A stretch of DNA of 24,000 nt, taken from contig NZ_PGGK01000004.1 in NCBI RefSeq assembly GCF_004745425.1, positions 203,434 through 227,433 of the forward strand, written 5' to 3'. How positions within the stretch are numbered: the first letter of the stretch is position 1; each line of letters starts with the position of its first letter. Shown here piece by piece: positions 16,305-24,000 of the stretch. The translations under genes and the position numbers were made by a program. This DNA is from Methanolobus halotolerans. GTDB lineage: Archaea; Halobacteriota; Methanosarcinia; Methanosarcinales; Methanosarcinaceae. The notes beneath the pieces were generated by a model, which saw nothing but the letters and a program-made list of their open reading frames with translations, was not told where the DNA came from and did no database searches.

Positions 16305-16970
16305 GTGAGTAGTACTGACAATTCTGAAGCAAGGATCAAGTTAGTAGTTTTTGATATGGACAGCACCCTGATAGATGCTGAAACCATTGACGAACTTGCA
16401 AAAGTTGCAGGGGTAGGAGAGAAGGTAGCCATGATAACCAAACTGGCTATGAATGGAGAACTCAACTACTCAGAGGCCCTTACTGAGAGAGTGCGTCTTC
16501 TGGAAGGTCTGAACTTTGAAAGGGCAAAAGAAGCCCTGGACAGTATGCCTTTCATGCCTGGCGCAAAAGAGCTGGTCAAATTTTTAAAATCCCATGGATA
16601 CAAAACCGCAATGATATCCGGCGGATTCACCCTTGCTGCAGAGCGTGTGGGTGAAACACTGGGTATGGACCATGTGGTTTCAAACGAACTTCTGATAGAC
16701 AATGGACACATAACAGGGGAGGTCACGGGACCTCTTACAGGAGAAGGATCAAAGGAACCTGTCCTGGAAGAGATCTCCGGTGAATATGGGATAGAACCCG
16801 AAGAGTGTGTTGTGATAGGTGATGGTGCCAATGATATCTGTATCTTCAAAAGAGCCAGATATGCCATAGCATTTAATTCAAAACCTATATTACACGAGCA
16901 CGCCGACATTGTCATCACAGAAAAAGACCTTGAGGCAGTAATACCAGTGATCCAGGCACTGGACCCGTAA
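16305..16970 (+). CDS. serB: Phosphoserine phosphatase (HAD superfamily, SerB)
   Basis: The 221 aa have a GTG start. HAD motif I is VVFDMDSTLI, followed by SGGF, then K…GDGANDI. ETIDELAK…T..AM.GEL.Y.E.L..RV is the SerB cap signature. Confidence 0.9.
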   Translation: MSSTDNSEARIKLVVFDMDSTLIDAETIDELAKVAGVGEKVAMITKLAMNGELNYSEALTERVRLLEGLNFERAKEALDSMPFMPGAKELVKFLKSHGYKTAMISGGFTLAAERVGETLGMDHVVSNELLIDNGHITGEVTGPLTGEGSKEPVLEEISGEYGIEPEECVVIGDGANDICIFKRARYAIAFNSKPILHEHADIVITEKDLEAVIPVIQALDP

Positions 16971-16991
16971 AGCCAGAATCGTGCATTATGA

Positions 16992-17900
16992 ATGCATGAA
17001 ATGCCAGCTTTTTTGCTGGATCGGGAGGATAAAAAGGATATGTTGAAAGAACTGAACGACAAGAAGACTGAACTTAAGAAGCAGTCTGAAGAATACAAGA
17101 CAAAAAGAAACGAACTCAACGCAGAAGCAAGTAATTTAGCCTCAAAGCGTAACGAGCTCAACAAGAAGACAAAAGACCTTATCAACGAAGCACAGGAGTA
17201 CAAGAAACTCCGCGATGAGAACAACGAGAAGGTAAAGGAATACAAAGTACTTCGTGATGAGGTCAACGCAAAGGCAAACGACATCTTTGCACAGATAGAC
17301 CAGATCCGCAATGTGAACAATCTTGGCGGCCCTTCTATAAAGGACATACGCAAAGAGATCGACAAACTGGAATTCACACAGCAGACCGAAGTCCTTACGA
17401 CAAGCAAGGAAAGAGAACTTGTCAACAAGATTACTGAACTTCAGAAACTCTATTCTGCAAAGAAAGAACAGCTTGAAGGCAATCAGGAACTCAAGGACCT
17501 TTTGAACAAAGCCCAGGAAATAAGAGACGAGGCTTCTGAACATCATAAAGTACTTTCTGAATATGCCCAGCAAGCACAGGATTATCACGATAAGATGATT
17601 ACCACTTTCAAGGAAGCGGATAAGATCCGTGCAGAATCCGACGCTGCCCACAAGGATTTTGTCAAGTTCCAGGAAAGTGCCGATGAGCAGCACAAACTGT
17701 TTATATCAGCTCAGAAAGAGATCCGTGACATTGATAAAGAGATCCGCAAGATCAAAAAAGGCGATGTCGATGGCAAGAAAGAGGCTGCAAAGGCAGATGC
17801 CCGCAAGGATGCAGAGGATATTTTCGATAAGTTCAAGTCAGGTGGCAAACTTACAACCGAGAACCTCATGGCTCTCCAGAGGTCAGGTTTCCTTAAATAA
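16992..17900 (+). CDS. Archaeal coiled-coil protein (COG1340-like); start may be ATG 17040
   Basis: The ORF is K/E/N/D-rich with heptad-like repeats (…KRNELNAEASNLASKRNELNKKTKDLINEAQEYKKLRDE…). The central loop is NLGGPSIKDIRKEIDKLEF and the C-terminus is LTTENLMALQRSG. This is typical of the uncharacterised archaeal coiled-coil family often found next to serB. MLKELNDKK (17040) is the family-like start. Confidence 0.75.
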   Translation: MHEMPAFLLDREDKKDMLKELNDKKTELKKQSEEYKTKRNELNAEASNLASKRNELNKKTKDLINEAQEYKKLRDENNEKVKEYKVLRDEVNAKANDIFAQIDQIRNVNNLGGPSIKDIRKEIDKLEFTQQTEVLTTSKERELVNKITELQKLYSAKKEQLEGNQELKDLLNKAQEIRDEASEHHKVLSEYAQQAQDYHDKMITTFKEADKIRAESDAAHKDFVKFQESADEQHKLFISAQKEIRDIDKEIRKIKKGDVDGKKEAAKADARKDAEDIFDKFKSGGKLTTENLMALQRSGFLK

Positions 17901-17922
17901 TCAAAAATTGATCAAAATTGAG

Positions 17923-17950
17923 GGGTGAACTTTCACCCTTCCCATTCTGT
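17923..17950. terminator. Putative bidirectional terminator between convergent genes
   Basis: A GGGTGA-ACTT-TCACCC hairpin (17923-17938) is followed by T-runs (…CTGTTTTTATAGTTTTTAT). It sits between the coiled-coil gene stop (17900) and the radical SAM gene stop (17971). Confidence 0.35.
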
Positions 17951-17970
17951 TTTTATAGTTTTTATAATAA

Positions 17971-19116
17971 TTATCGTTCAAGTCCGAGATGGACCTTCCT
18001 GAATTCAGGATCCCGCATCAGGCAGGGACCTGCTTTGAAAACAGGGTCTTTATATATCTTTTTCCATACAGATCCCAATGATTCACTGTGGATGTTACCG
18101 TATGGTTTCGGCATGCATGCACAAGGCAGCACATTCCCTTCAGGAGTTACGTGGAGCCACTTCCTGCCTGCAAAACAGCCCATTTTTCGGATGAGTTGAG
18201 GGATCGGGAATACACGCGGGCCTTCTGCACAGGATGTGCGCTCTACGAAATCATCGAACTTTTCCAGATCTTCTGCAGAAAGGACTTCCTTTTCATGACC
18301 CTGCCACCTGCCAGTGGGAACTATCTCATAGAAAGAAAGTTCATGCACACTCAGTTCCTTTGCAAGCTCATAGAAGTCATCCAGTTCACCGATGTTCCGG
18401 GGGGAAAGAACCACATAGATACCGACCAGAAGACCGGCATCCAGACCGTTCTTTATAGCATCCGTGGCTTCCCTGAAAACGCCCGGCCTGCCACGCATAA
18501 GGTCATGTCCTGCTTCATGTGCACTGTCAAGGCTTACACTAAGCATAGAGAGCCCGGCATCTTTTAGACTTGAAGCACGCTCCGGATTCAGGCCCACACC
18601 GGACGTAAAAAGACCAGGGATTGCACATGACTGGTCGACATAGCTGATGAGATTTTCAAGACCATCGTAGAGCAGAGGCTCCCCGCCATCAAATATGATA
18701 AGAGTTGTACCCATATGCTGGGCCTGGTCAATCACGCTCTTCACAACACCAGGATCCAGCCGTGCATTATTTCTGGTGTCCGGGAGAGCACAGTGTATAC
18801 ACCTGTTAGGACACTCCTCGGTGATTGAGATTGTGATCTGTTCCGGAATATATTTTCCCCTCATTGCACTCATCTGGCTTGATACAAGGCGGTCAAATGC
18901 CTCGCTGGGTATGGGAGGCATCCAGGTAGAGTATATCAGCCGGTCTTTTTCTACCTTAGAGGGTTTTGTATCCTCGAATATCTCCAATATATCCGAAACA
19001 AATGAGCCCATGATAGAGGATGCTATACCTGAAGTCTTCATCCTGACCCTGCCATCCTCTAGCCGGGCATATACTTTGAAAAACGGGTTCCTGTAGAAAT
19101 AATATTTATCCTTCAT
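17971..19116 (-). CDS. Radical SAM enzyme with ~90-aa N-terminal extension and twitch/SPASM-like C-terminal Cys motif
   Basis: 381 aa. The canonical CX3CX2C is within ISITEECPNRCIHCAL. The GGEPLL SAM-binding motif is present. The C-terminal auxiliary-cluster-like segment is GCFAGRKWLHVTPEGNVLPCAC…GPC. The start is 3 nt after the stop of the upstream flavoprotein gene. Confidence 0.9.
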   Translation of the reverse strand: MKDKYYFYRNPFFKVYARLEDGRVRMKTSGIASSIMGSFVSDILEIFEDTKPSKVEKDRLIYSTWMPPIPSEAFDRLVSSQMSAMRGKYIPEQITISITEECPNRCIHCALPDTRNNARLDPGVVKSVIDQAQHMGTTLIIFDGGEPLLYDGLENLISYVDQSCAIPGLFTSGVGLNPERASSLKDAGLSMLSVSLDSAHEAGHDLMRGRPGVFREATDAIKNGLDAGLLVGIYVVLSPRNIGELDDFYELAKELSVHELSFYEIVPTGRWQGHEKEVLSAEDLEKFDDFVERTSCAEGPRVFPIPQLIRKMGCFAGRKWLHVTPEGNVLPCACMPKPYGNIHSESLGSVWKKIYKDPVFKAGPCLMRDPEFRKVHLGLER

Positions 19117-19119
19117 CGT

Positions 19120-20277
19120 TCACTTTGTCCTGAAGACAGCCCTGTATGAGAGTATCGAAGAGGGATTGTTCTTCAATATCATCTTTGATATCTGTAAAGC
19201 CTGGCTAAAGGGACTTCCACCAAGGATCTTCAGGTCTTCTCCTTCAAAGACCTTTATCATCTCATCGATCTCTTTATTGTTCATTTTCCTGAGAGTCTCA
19301 AGGGCTAACCTTCCAAGATAGTACTCTGTCCTGTATGTTCTGTTCCAGAGTTGCCTGTATTCGGACAGGTATCTTTTTGATGTATCACCTTTTGCAATGG
19401 CTTCAGCTGCGATGTCACCACACATCTGCCCTGCATGCATGCCATATCCTATGCCGGACTGAGCTGCGGAGCCGCCGGTTATCATTACGCCGTCTGCAAC
19501 TATCTCCCCCGGGAGAGCAGCTATCGGGTCACCACCCACTGATGTGTTGATGATCTTCACTTCATCTATACCCTTCAGGGTCTTGAACTTTTCAAGCCAG
19601 TCATCAAAGAAATCAGAGACATCCTTGCCGTGCCTGCGTACATACATACCAAGGGTCGCCCTGTTCCCGCCACATGGAGAATAAGTGGACTTCCAGCCCG
19701 GTGCATGATTCCCAACATAGTATTCGAACATATCCGGTTCACCGATACCTTCTGCCTCGATCTCGGCTTCCAGGGACCAGGCGATATCTTCCGGATGCTT
19801 TATGGGTTTCATGCCAAGAAGTGCACTTATCCTTGAGTTGATACCGTCCGAGACGATTACCAGTTTACACTTCATCTTACCTTTCGAAGTACTTACCAGA
19901 AAGCTTTTTTCAGACCTGAGAACGTTTAGGACCTCTATACCAAAGCGAACCTCTGCGCCCGCTTCCTCCGCCTGCCTGATATAGAATTCATCGAACTTCC
20001 TGCGGTCAAGGAAGTATGCATCTCCTTCAAAAGCAACATTCCTGCCCGAAGGTGCTATAATATAGGCACCCCTGAGGTTCTTGACAACATAACTCGGGTC
20101 CACTTTCTCGCCTGTACGGTCAAACATTCCTTTGAAGAACGTGTTCGCCGGGTGGGTGGGCACACCTGCTGCTTCTTTTTTATCCAGAAGGATAACTTTG
20201 CAGCCTTTTGCTGATGCATTCCTTGCTGCCATAACTCCCGCAGGGGAAGCTCCTATTACAATGATATCCGCATCCAT
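19120..20277 (-). CDS. FAD-dependent oxidoreductase, divergent geranylgeranyl reductase family
   Basis: 385 aa. The N-terminal dinucleotide fold is DIIVIGASPAGVMAARNASAKGCKVILLDKK. Overall architecture is GGR-like (…LVIVSDGINSRI…, …ITGGSAAQSGIGYGMHAGQMCGDIAA…). The canonical GGR motifs as I remember them (YxWxFP, GDAAG) are altered (PGWKSTYSP, GGSAA). Confidence 0.82.
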   Translation of the reverse strand: MDADIIVIGASPAGVMAARNASAKGCKVILLDKKEAAGVPTHPANTFFKGMFDRTGEKVDPSYVVKNLRGAYIIAPSGRNVAFEGDAYFLDRRKFDEFYIRQAEEAGAEVRFGIEVLNVLRSEKSFLVSTSKGKMKCKLVIVSDGINSRISALLGMKPIKHPEDIAWSLEAEIEAEGIGEPDMFEYYVGNHAPGWKSTYSPCGGNRATLGMYVRRHGKDVSDFFDDWLEKFKTLKGIDEVKIINTSVGGDPIAALPGEIVADGVMITGGSAAQSGIGYGMHAGQMCGDIAAEAIAKGDTSKRYLSEYRQLWNRTYRTEYYLGRLALETLRKMNNKEIDEMIKVFEGEDLKILGGSPFSQALQISKMILKNNPSSILSYRAVFRTK

Positions 20278-20311
20278 ATCGAACCTCGTTCACAATTAAT
20301 TAATTCTAGTC

Positions 20312-21277
20312 CTACCATAATATAACGGCATATGCCGGAACAAATATGCAAAGTATTACATCAAGAATGAGAGAACCAAACATGATGCCCCTGTATCTGG
20401 AACCCTGAAGGAACAATCTTCCTCCACGTTCAGGTGTCGGGTTCTTCATAAAATCAAATGACTGAGTGAGCATCCACCCGCCTGCAAGCAACGCACCGGC
20501 AAAGTATATGGGACCGATCTTTGCTGTGAGTCCGATGGCAATGGAAGCAACAACACCTACGACCCACATGAGGGTTACGAACTTTGCAGTTCCAGGCACC
20601 CCGAATGTTACCGGGAATGTGGGAGCACCTCTTGCACGGTCTCCCTCAATGTCCCTTGCAACGCCCGAAAGAGTGAAACCCCAATCTGTAAAACACATCA
20701 TCAAACCAAGGAAAATTGCAGGCAGCGGCAGTATGTCACCGTAGGATGGGACTACGCCGAAAAGCCCGGGAATGTTAAGCACTCCGGTAGAGTCGAATGC
20801 AAGCCAGATACCTATGGGAACAAGACCGTAGGCAATACCCACGGGCACAAAGCTCAGGAATGTGGCTCTTTTAGCTATGGCCGAGTAGATGCTGATTGTT
20901 GCAACAGCTATCAAAAGCACCACAAAGGACTCCGGGTTGAGTATAAGCGCAGCCGCACCGGCAACCAGGAAAAGGAAAAGCGCGTATTTGAGCGCCTGAT
21001 TCCGCGTGAGCCGTTTGGATACCAGCGGACGGTTGGGAAGGTTGATCTTATCGATATCCATATCGCAACAGTCATTATAGACATAGGAACTCGTGATAGC
21101 TGCGTAACCGCCAATCACCGCGATTATGAAAGGTATCAACGGAGGGAACGATCCAGTCGCAAGATAGGCTGCCAGCAGAGCACTGGCAGCAGGAAGGGCA
21201 ATATCCATATCGGCTATCTCGGGCCGGAGGAGCTCAACATAAGGATTCCTAGTTTTTGATTCTGAAATGGAAACCAC
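20312..21277 (-). CDS. UbiA-family membrane prenyltransferase (substrate unknown)
   Basis: 321 aa with about 8-9 hydrophobic segments. The first Asp-rich motif is NDCCDMDID(KIN). The second is ARDIEGDRARG. ELLRP near the N-terminus is typical of the family. A GTG start is preceded by GGTGAT. Confidence 0.87.
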   Translation of the reverse strand: MVSISESKTRNPYVELLRPEIADMDIALPAASALLAAYLATGSFPPLIPFIIAVIGGYAAITSSYVYNDCCDMDIDKINLPNRPLVSKRLTRNQALKYALFLFLVAGAAALILNPESFVVLLIAVATISIYSAIAKRATFLSFVPVGIAYGLVPIGIWLAFDSTGVLNIPGLFGVVPSYGDILPLPAIFLGLMMCFTDWGFTLSGVARDIEGDRARGAPTFPVTFGVPGTAKFVTLMWVVGVVASIAIGLTAKIGPIYFAGALLAGGWMLTQSFDFMKNPTPERGGRLFLQGSRYRGIMFGSLILDVILCIFVPAYAVILW

Positions 21278-21443
21278 GTTATCACCAGTAAATTCTAGCC
21301 TCCTAATTTTCAGTATCGTATATTTAGTTTTGGAGAGGGGCGGGGAATAATGGAGGGAGTTTTATGGACTTGTCATGCACTCATCTCTCATGCATGAATT
21401 TGGAAGGATTTATTTAATATGTTAGTTCAATGCTTTTTCATTC

Positions 21444-21992
21444 TCACCAATACTCTGGTTTATTCAAAGCATCTGCACAAACAACTCTGCCCTTAAATCC
21501 ATCAGTTGTTCCTGTGCTTAGAGAATAGATCATCCATGCACCCGCATGTTCTTCAGGAATTGGATAAGGTGCAGTAAACCCCATACTTGCAGCATCCTGC
21601 TTAAATCCATATTTTGGATAATAGCTTTCAGGTCCGAAAACAAAAACCATTTCAGCACCACTTGCTTTTAATCTATTCAATCCCTCATTAATTAACATTC
21701 CACCAATTCCCTGTCTCTGATGGGTCGGTTTAACTGCCAGAGGTGCAAGAATGTAAACTAATGGAGATGATGTATTTCCATCAATGGCTGCTTTTGTGAA
21801 AAGAATATGCCCTAATGCTTCTTCTTTCTTGAAAGCCAACAAAGATATGACTGGTTCTGCGCTTTTATCTTCCAGAAGCTGAGCTACAAGAACTGCTTCA
21901 TCCTCAGATTCAAAAGCCTCTTTTTCAATTTCCATTACATTGTTAAAATCTGAGTCTTTTGTTTCCCTTATCTGAATATCATCTGTTGACAT
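21444..21992 (-). CDS. GNAT-family N-acetyltransferase (YhbS/COG3153-like)
   Basis: I trimmed the start to ATG 21992 (MSTDDIQIRETKDSDFNNVMEIEKEAF…). The acetyl-CoA motif is V.P..QRQGIGGMLINEGLNRLKASGAE, followed by …YYPKYGF. The track ORF's 25-codon N-terminal extension overlaps the upstream gene. Confidence 0.85.
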   Translation of the reverse strand: MSTDDIQIRETKDSDFNNVMEIEKEAFESEDEAVLVAQLLEDKSAEPVISLLAFKKEEALGHILFTKAAIDGNTSSPLVYILAPLAVKPTHQRQGIGGMLINEGLNRLKASGAEMVFVFGPESYYPKYGFKQDAASMGFTAPYPIPEEHAGAWMIYSLSTGTTDGFKGRVVCADALNKPEYW

Positions 21993-22038
21993 ACCACACC
22001 TTCTTAGTTTAAGCAACGCTAAAAATATCAACAACTTC

Positions 22039-22389
22039 TCATTTTGATTTATGTTTCTGCATCTCACGTTTTGCCATCATGTTGGAGCCAAACGTGTATA
22101 AAAGAATGACGAAACCCAGCCATATAAAGTGCTCTCCTGTTTCAGGCATACCCAGATATTTCAGGGCCAGGCCAATACCAAAGATCACCAGATTGACCAT
22201 ACCTATCTTTTTATTCTTTCTTGCGGTTTCATCATAAAGCTGCTTGTGTACTAGATACTCTTTTTTTTCATCTTTCACGTTTTCACAACCATTGACAGGT
22301 AGGTTATAGAGCCTGTGCTGAAAATCCTTTTGGTAATTTAGAACATCTAACATCCTGGCTTGACAGGCATTTAAATCACCTCTGTCCAC
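22039..22389 (-). CDS. Hypothetical small membrane protein (two predicted TM helices)
   Basis: The 116-aa ORF starts at GTG, or 104 aa from ATG 22353. It has two hydrophobic stretches (IGMVNLVIFGIGLALKYLG; FIWLGFVILLYTFGSNMM) and a K-rich tail. I recognise no family. Confidence 0.5.
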   Translation of the reverse strand: MDRGDLNACQARMLDVLNYQKDFQHRLYNLPVNGCENVKDEKKEYLVHKQLYDETARKNKKIGMVNLVIFGIGLALKYLGMPETGEHFIWLGFVILLYTFGSNMMAKREMQKHKSK

Positions 22390-22416
22390 CAGATATCTGT
22401 CAATAAAGCAATGTTC

Positions 22417-22824
22417 CTAATTCACCTCTCTCTCAGCAACCTCCCTAATCCTCCTGATGATCGACGCCAGCCCATCCGCCCTTGCAGGCGAAAGATTTGA
22501 CTTCAGGCCGATCTCATCTATGAAATACAGGTCGAGATCCAGTACCTCCTGAGGAGGGCGGTTGTTCACAACCTTGAGTAAAAGAGAAATGATTCCCCTG
22601 GTTATCATGGCATCACTATCAAGATCGATTATGAGTCTGCTGTCCTCTTTATATGTCCTGATCCAGACCTTTGACTGGCATCCGCTGATGGAGTTCTCCT
22701 CGTTCCTGAATCTCTCATCCATGGGCTCGAGCTCTTTGGCATAGGAGATGAGCAGACCGTACTTGTCAAGCCATTCGAGGCCATCGAACTGTGCTATGAT
22801 CTCGTCCTGGACAGCATCTCTCAT
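22417..22824 (-). CDS. sufE: SufE/CsdE-family sulfur acceptor protein
   Basis: 135 aa. The signature around the persulfide-accepting Cys is ENSISGCQSKVWI, followed by DSDAMITRGIISLL, as in SufE. The ATG overlaps the desulfurase stop (ATGA at 22821-22824). Confidence 0.85.
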   Translation of the reverse strand: MRDAVQDEIIAQFDGLEWLDKYGLLISYAKELEPMDERFRNEENSISGCQSKVWIRTYKEDSRLIIDLDSDAMITRGIISLLLKVVNNRPPQEVLDLDLYFIDEIGLKSNLSPARADGLASIIRRIREVAEREVN

Positions 22825-24000
22825 GCATACATCATCCTTACTTTTTCTATGCCTTCAATCAGCATATCGGCATCTTCTTTTGTATTGTACAATGCAAAAC
22901 TTGCCCTCACCGTGCCTTCGGTTCCGAGGGACCTCATCAGAGGCTGGGCACAGTGATGTCCGGTCCGCACAGCTATTCCCATCTTGTCCAGTATCAGTCC
23001 TGTGTCGTAGTGATGAATACCGTCAAGGTTGAACGAGATGGAACCGCACATCTCTTCGGTGTTCCCGTAAACCGTCACACCGTCGGTTTCCAGTAACCTG
23101 TCCCTTGCATAGGAATATACCTCATGCTCGTGCTTCCTTATCCGGCCCATGCCGATATTCTGCATGTAATCGATTGCAGCACCGATACTTATTGCACCCG
23201 CAATGTGGGGTGTGCCTGCTTCGTATTTTAGAGGAGGGTCCAGGTAAGTCGTTTCTTCAAGGGTCACCCTGTCAACCATACCCCCACCGCCTTTTGCAGG
23301 CATGATATCACTAAAGCGCTCGCTGGTGTAAAGCACGCCAACCCCGGTAGCTGCATACATCTTATGGCCTGAGAAAGCCAGGAAATCACAACCTATATCC
23401 TTCATATCAAGCGGCAGGTGCTGGATAGACTGGGCTGCGTCCACCAGGACAGGAATATCGTGATCCTTTGCGATCCCGGTTATCTCTTTTATCTTATTTA
23501 CAGAACCAAGGACATTCGAGACATGAGAGATCGATATCAGTTTTGTTTTAGCAGTAATCTCCATTGAATCCATCAACAAATTGCAGTCAAAATCCATCGG
23601 AATTGCCCTGAGCTTTGCACCTGCGAGTTGCCATGGCACGATATTTGAGTGGTGTTCCACACCGGTTATCATAACTTCGTTGCCCTTCAAAACCGGTTCA
23701 AGCGAGCGTGCTACCTGATTAATGGAATCGGTTGTCCCGGCAGTAAACGTCACCTCATCCGGATTACCGGCACCAATGAAGTCACAGACCTTTTGCCTTG
23801 CCTTCTCATATTTTTCACTTGATATCTCGCTTAAATAATGCACTCCTCTATGAATATTGCTGTTGTCAGACCTGTAGAAATCAGATATAGTATCAAGCAC
23901 TAGATTTGGTTTCTGGCTTGTTGCTGCATTATCAAGATAAAATAGTTGTTTCCCATATATCTCTTTATCAAGTATCGGAAAGTCTTTCTTAAAATCGGTC
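22821..24000 (-). CDS. sufS: Cysteine desulfurase, SufS/CsdA-like (class V aminotransferase); 5' end lies beyond the window
   Basis: The HRG.H motif is NIHRGVH. The PLP-Lys motif is FSGHKMY. The active-site loop is RTGHHCAQP. The track ORF starts at an internal GTG (23900), but the frame stays open to position 24000. Upstream it reads …DFKKDFPILDKEIYGKQLFYLDNAATSQKP, the canonical SufS N-terminus, so the gene is truncated by the window edge. Confidence 0.92.
   Translation of the reverse strand, partial: TDFKKDFPILDKEIYGKQLFYLDNAATSQKPNLVLDTISDFYRSDNSNIHRGVHYLSEISSEKYEKARQKVCDFIGAGNPDEVTFTAGTTDSINQVARSLEPVLKGNEVMITGVEHHSNIVPWQLAGAKLRAIPMDFDCNLLMDSMEITAKTKLISISHVSNVLGSVNKIKEITGIAKDHDIPVLVDAAQSIQHLPLDMKDIGCDFLAFSGHKMYAATGVGVLYTSERFSDIMPAKGGGGMVDRVTLEETTYLDPPLKYEAGTPHIAGAISIGAAIDYMQNIGMGRIRKHEHEVYSYARDRLLETDGVTVYGNTEEMCGSISFNLDGIHHYDTGLILDKMGIAVRTGHHCAQPLMRSLGTEGTVRASFALYNTKEDADMLIEGIEKVRMMYA

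Noticed and set aside
16466-17428. 320-aa minus-strand ORF (Ser/Leu/Phe-rich) spanning serB and the coiled-coil gene
   Set aside because: It is low-complexity and is the antisense shadow of the K/E/N-rich coiled-coil coding sequence. AAG/GAA/AAC repeats read as CTT/TTC/GTT on the other strand, and stop codons are rare in that frame. It also overlaps two well-supported plus-strand genes.
21993-22067. N-terminal extension of the GNAT ORF overlapping the upstream membrane-protein gene
   Set aside because: GNAT homology begins at MSTDDIQIRETKDSDF (ATG 21992). The extension (MRCRNINQNEKLLIFLALLKLRRCG) has no family support and creates a 29-nt gene overlap.
1-24000. Search for tRNA/rRNA genes, CRISPR arrays, transposase/integrase genes, terminal inverted repeats and classical defence-system genes
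   Set aside because: I saw no T-loop or anticodon-arm cloverleaf candidates and no regularly spaced direct repeats. I found no transposase, integrase or recombinase-like ORFs, and no nuclease/ATPase pairs typical of defence islands. The only helicase-nuclease is Hef, a housekeeping repair enzyme. A visual scan cannot exclude small ncRNAs.

Overview
The window reads as a chromosomal segment from a Methanosarcinales-type methanogenic archaeon. The hallmark genes are F420-dependent methylene-H4MPT dehydrogenase (Mtd), O-phosphoseryl-tRNA synthetase (SepRS), archaeal Hef, an archaeal-type GlyRS and archaeal-only families (UPF0147, PAC2, COG1340 coiled-coil). It is gene-dense, with about 30 CDS on both strands. 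I found no tRNA, rRNA, CRISPR array or obvious mobile element. Most genes are housekeeping: glyS, hef, sepS, nfi, mtd, serB and sufS/sufE. Two clusters stand out. (1) 12457-16061, minus strand: a tightly translationally coupled six-gene operon encoding a complete stressosome-like module. It comprises a PAS-STAS RsbR-like sensor, RsbS, RsbT, a second RsbT/RsbW-like GHKL kinase and an RsbX-like PP2C phosphatase. It ends in a soluble histidine kinase whose N-terminus resembles the RsbT-binding domain of RsbU. This looks like bacterial sigma-B-type partner-switching hardware rewired to a two-component output in an organism that has no sigma factors. (2) 17971-21277, minus strand: an apparent operon of a UbiA-family prenyltransferase, a divergent geranylgeranyl-reductase-family flavoprotein and a radical SAM enzyme with a twitch/SPASM-like C-terminus. 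It is a candidate isoprenoid-tailoring pathway, possibly for methanophenazine or an unusual lipid. All functional calls come from reading the supplied translations against remembered family motifs. No database search was run.
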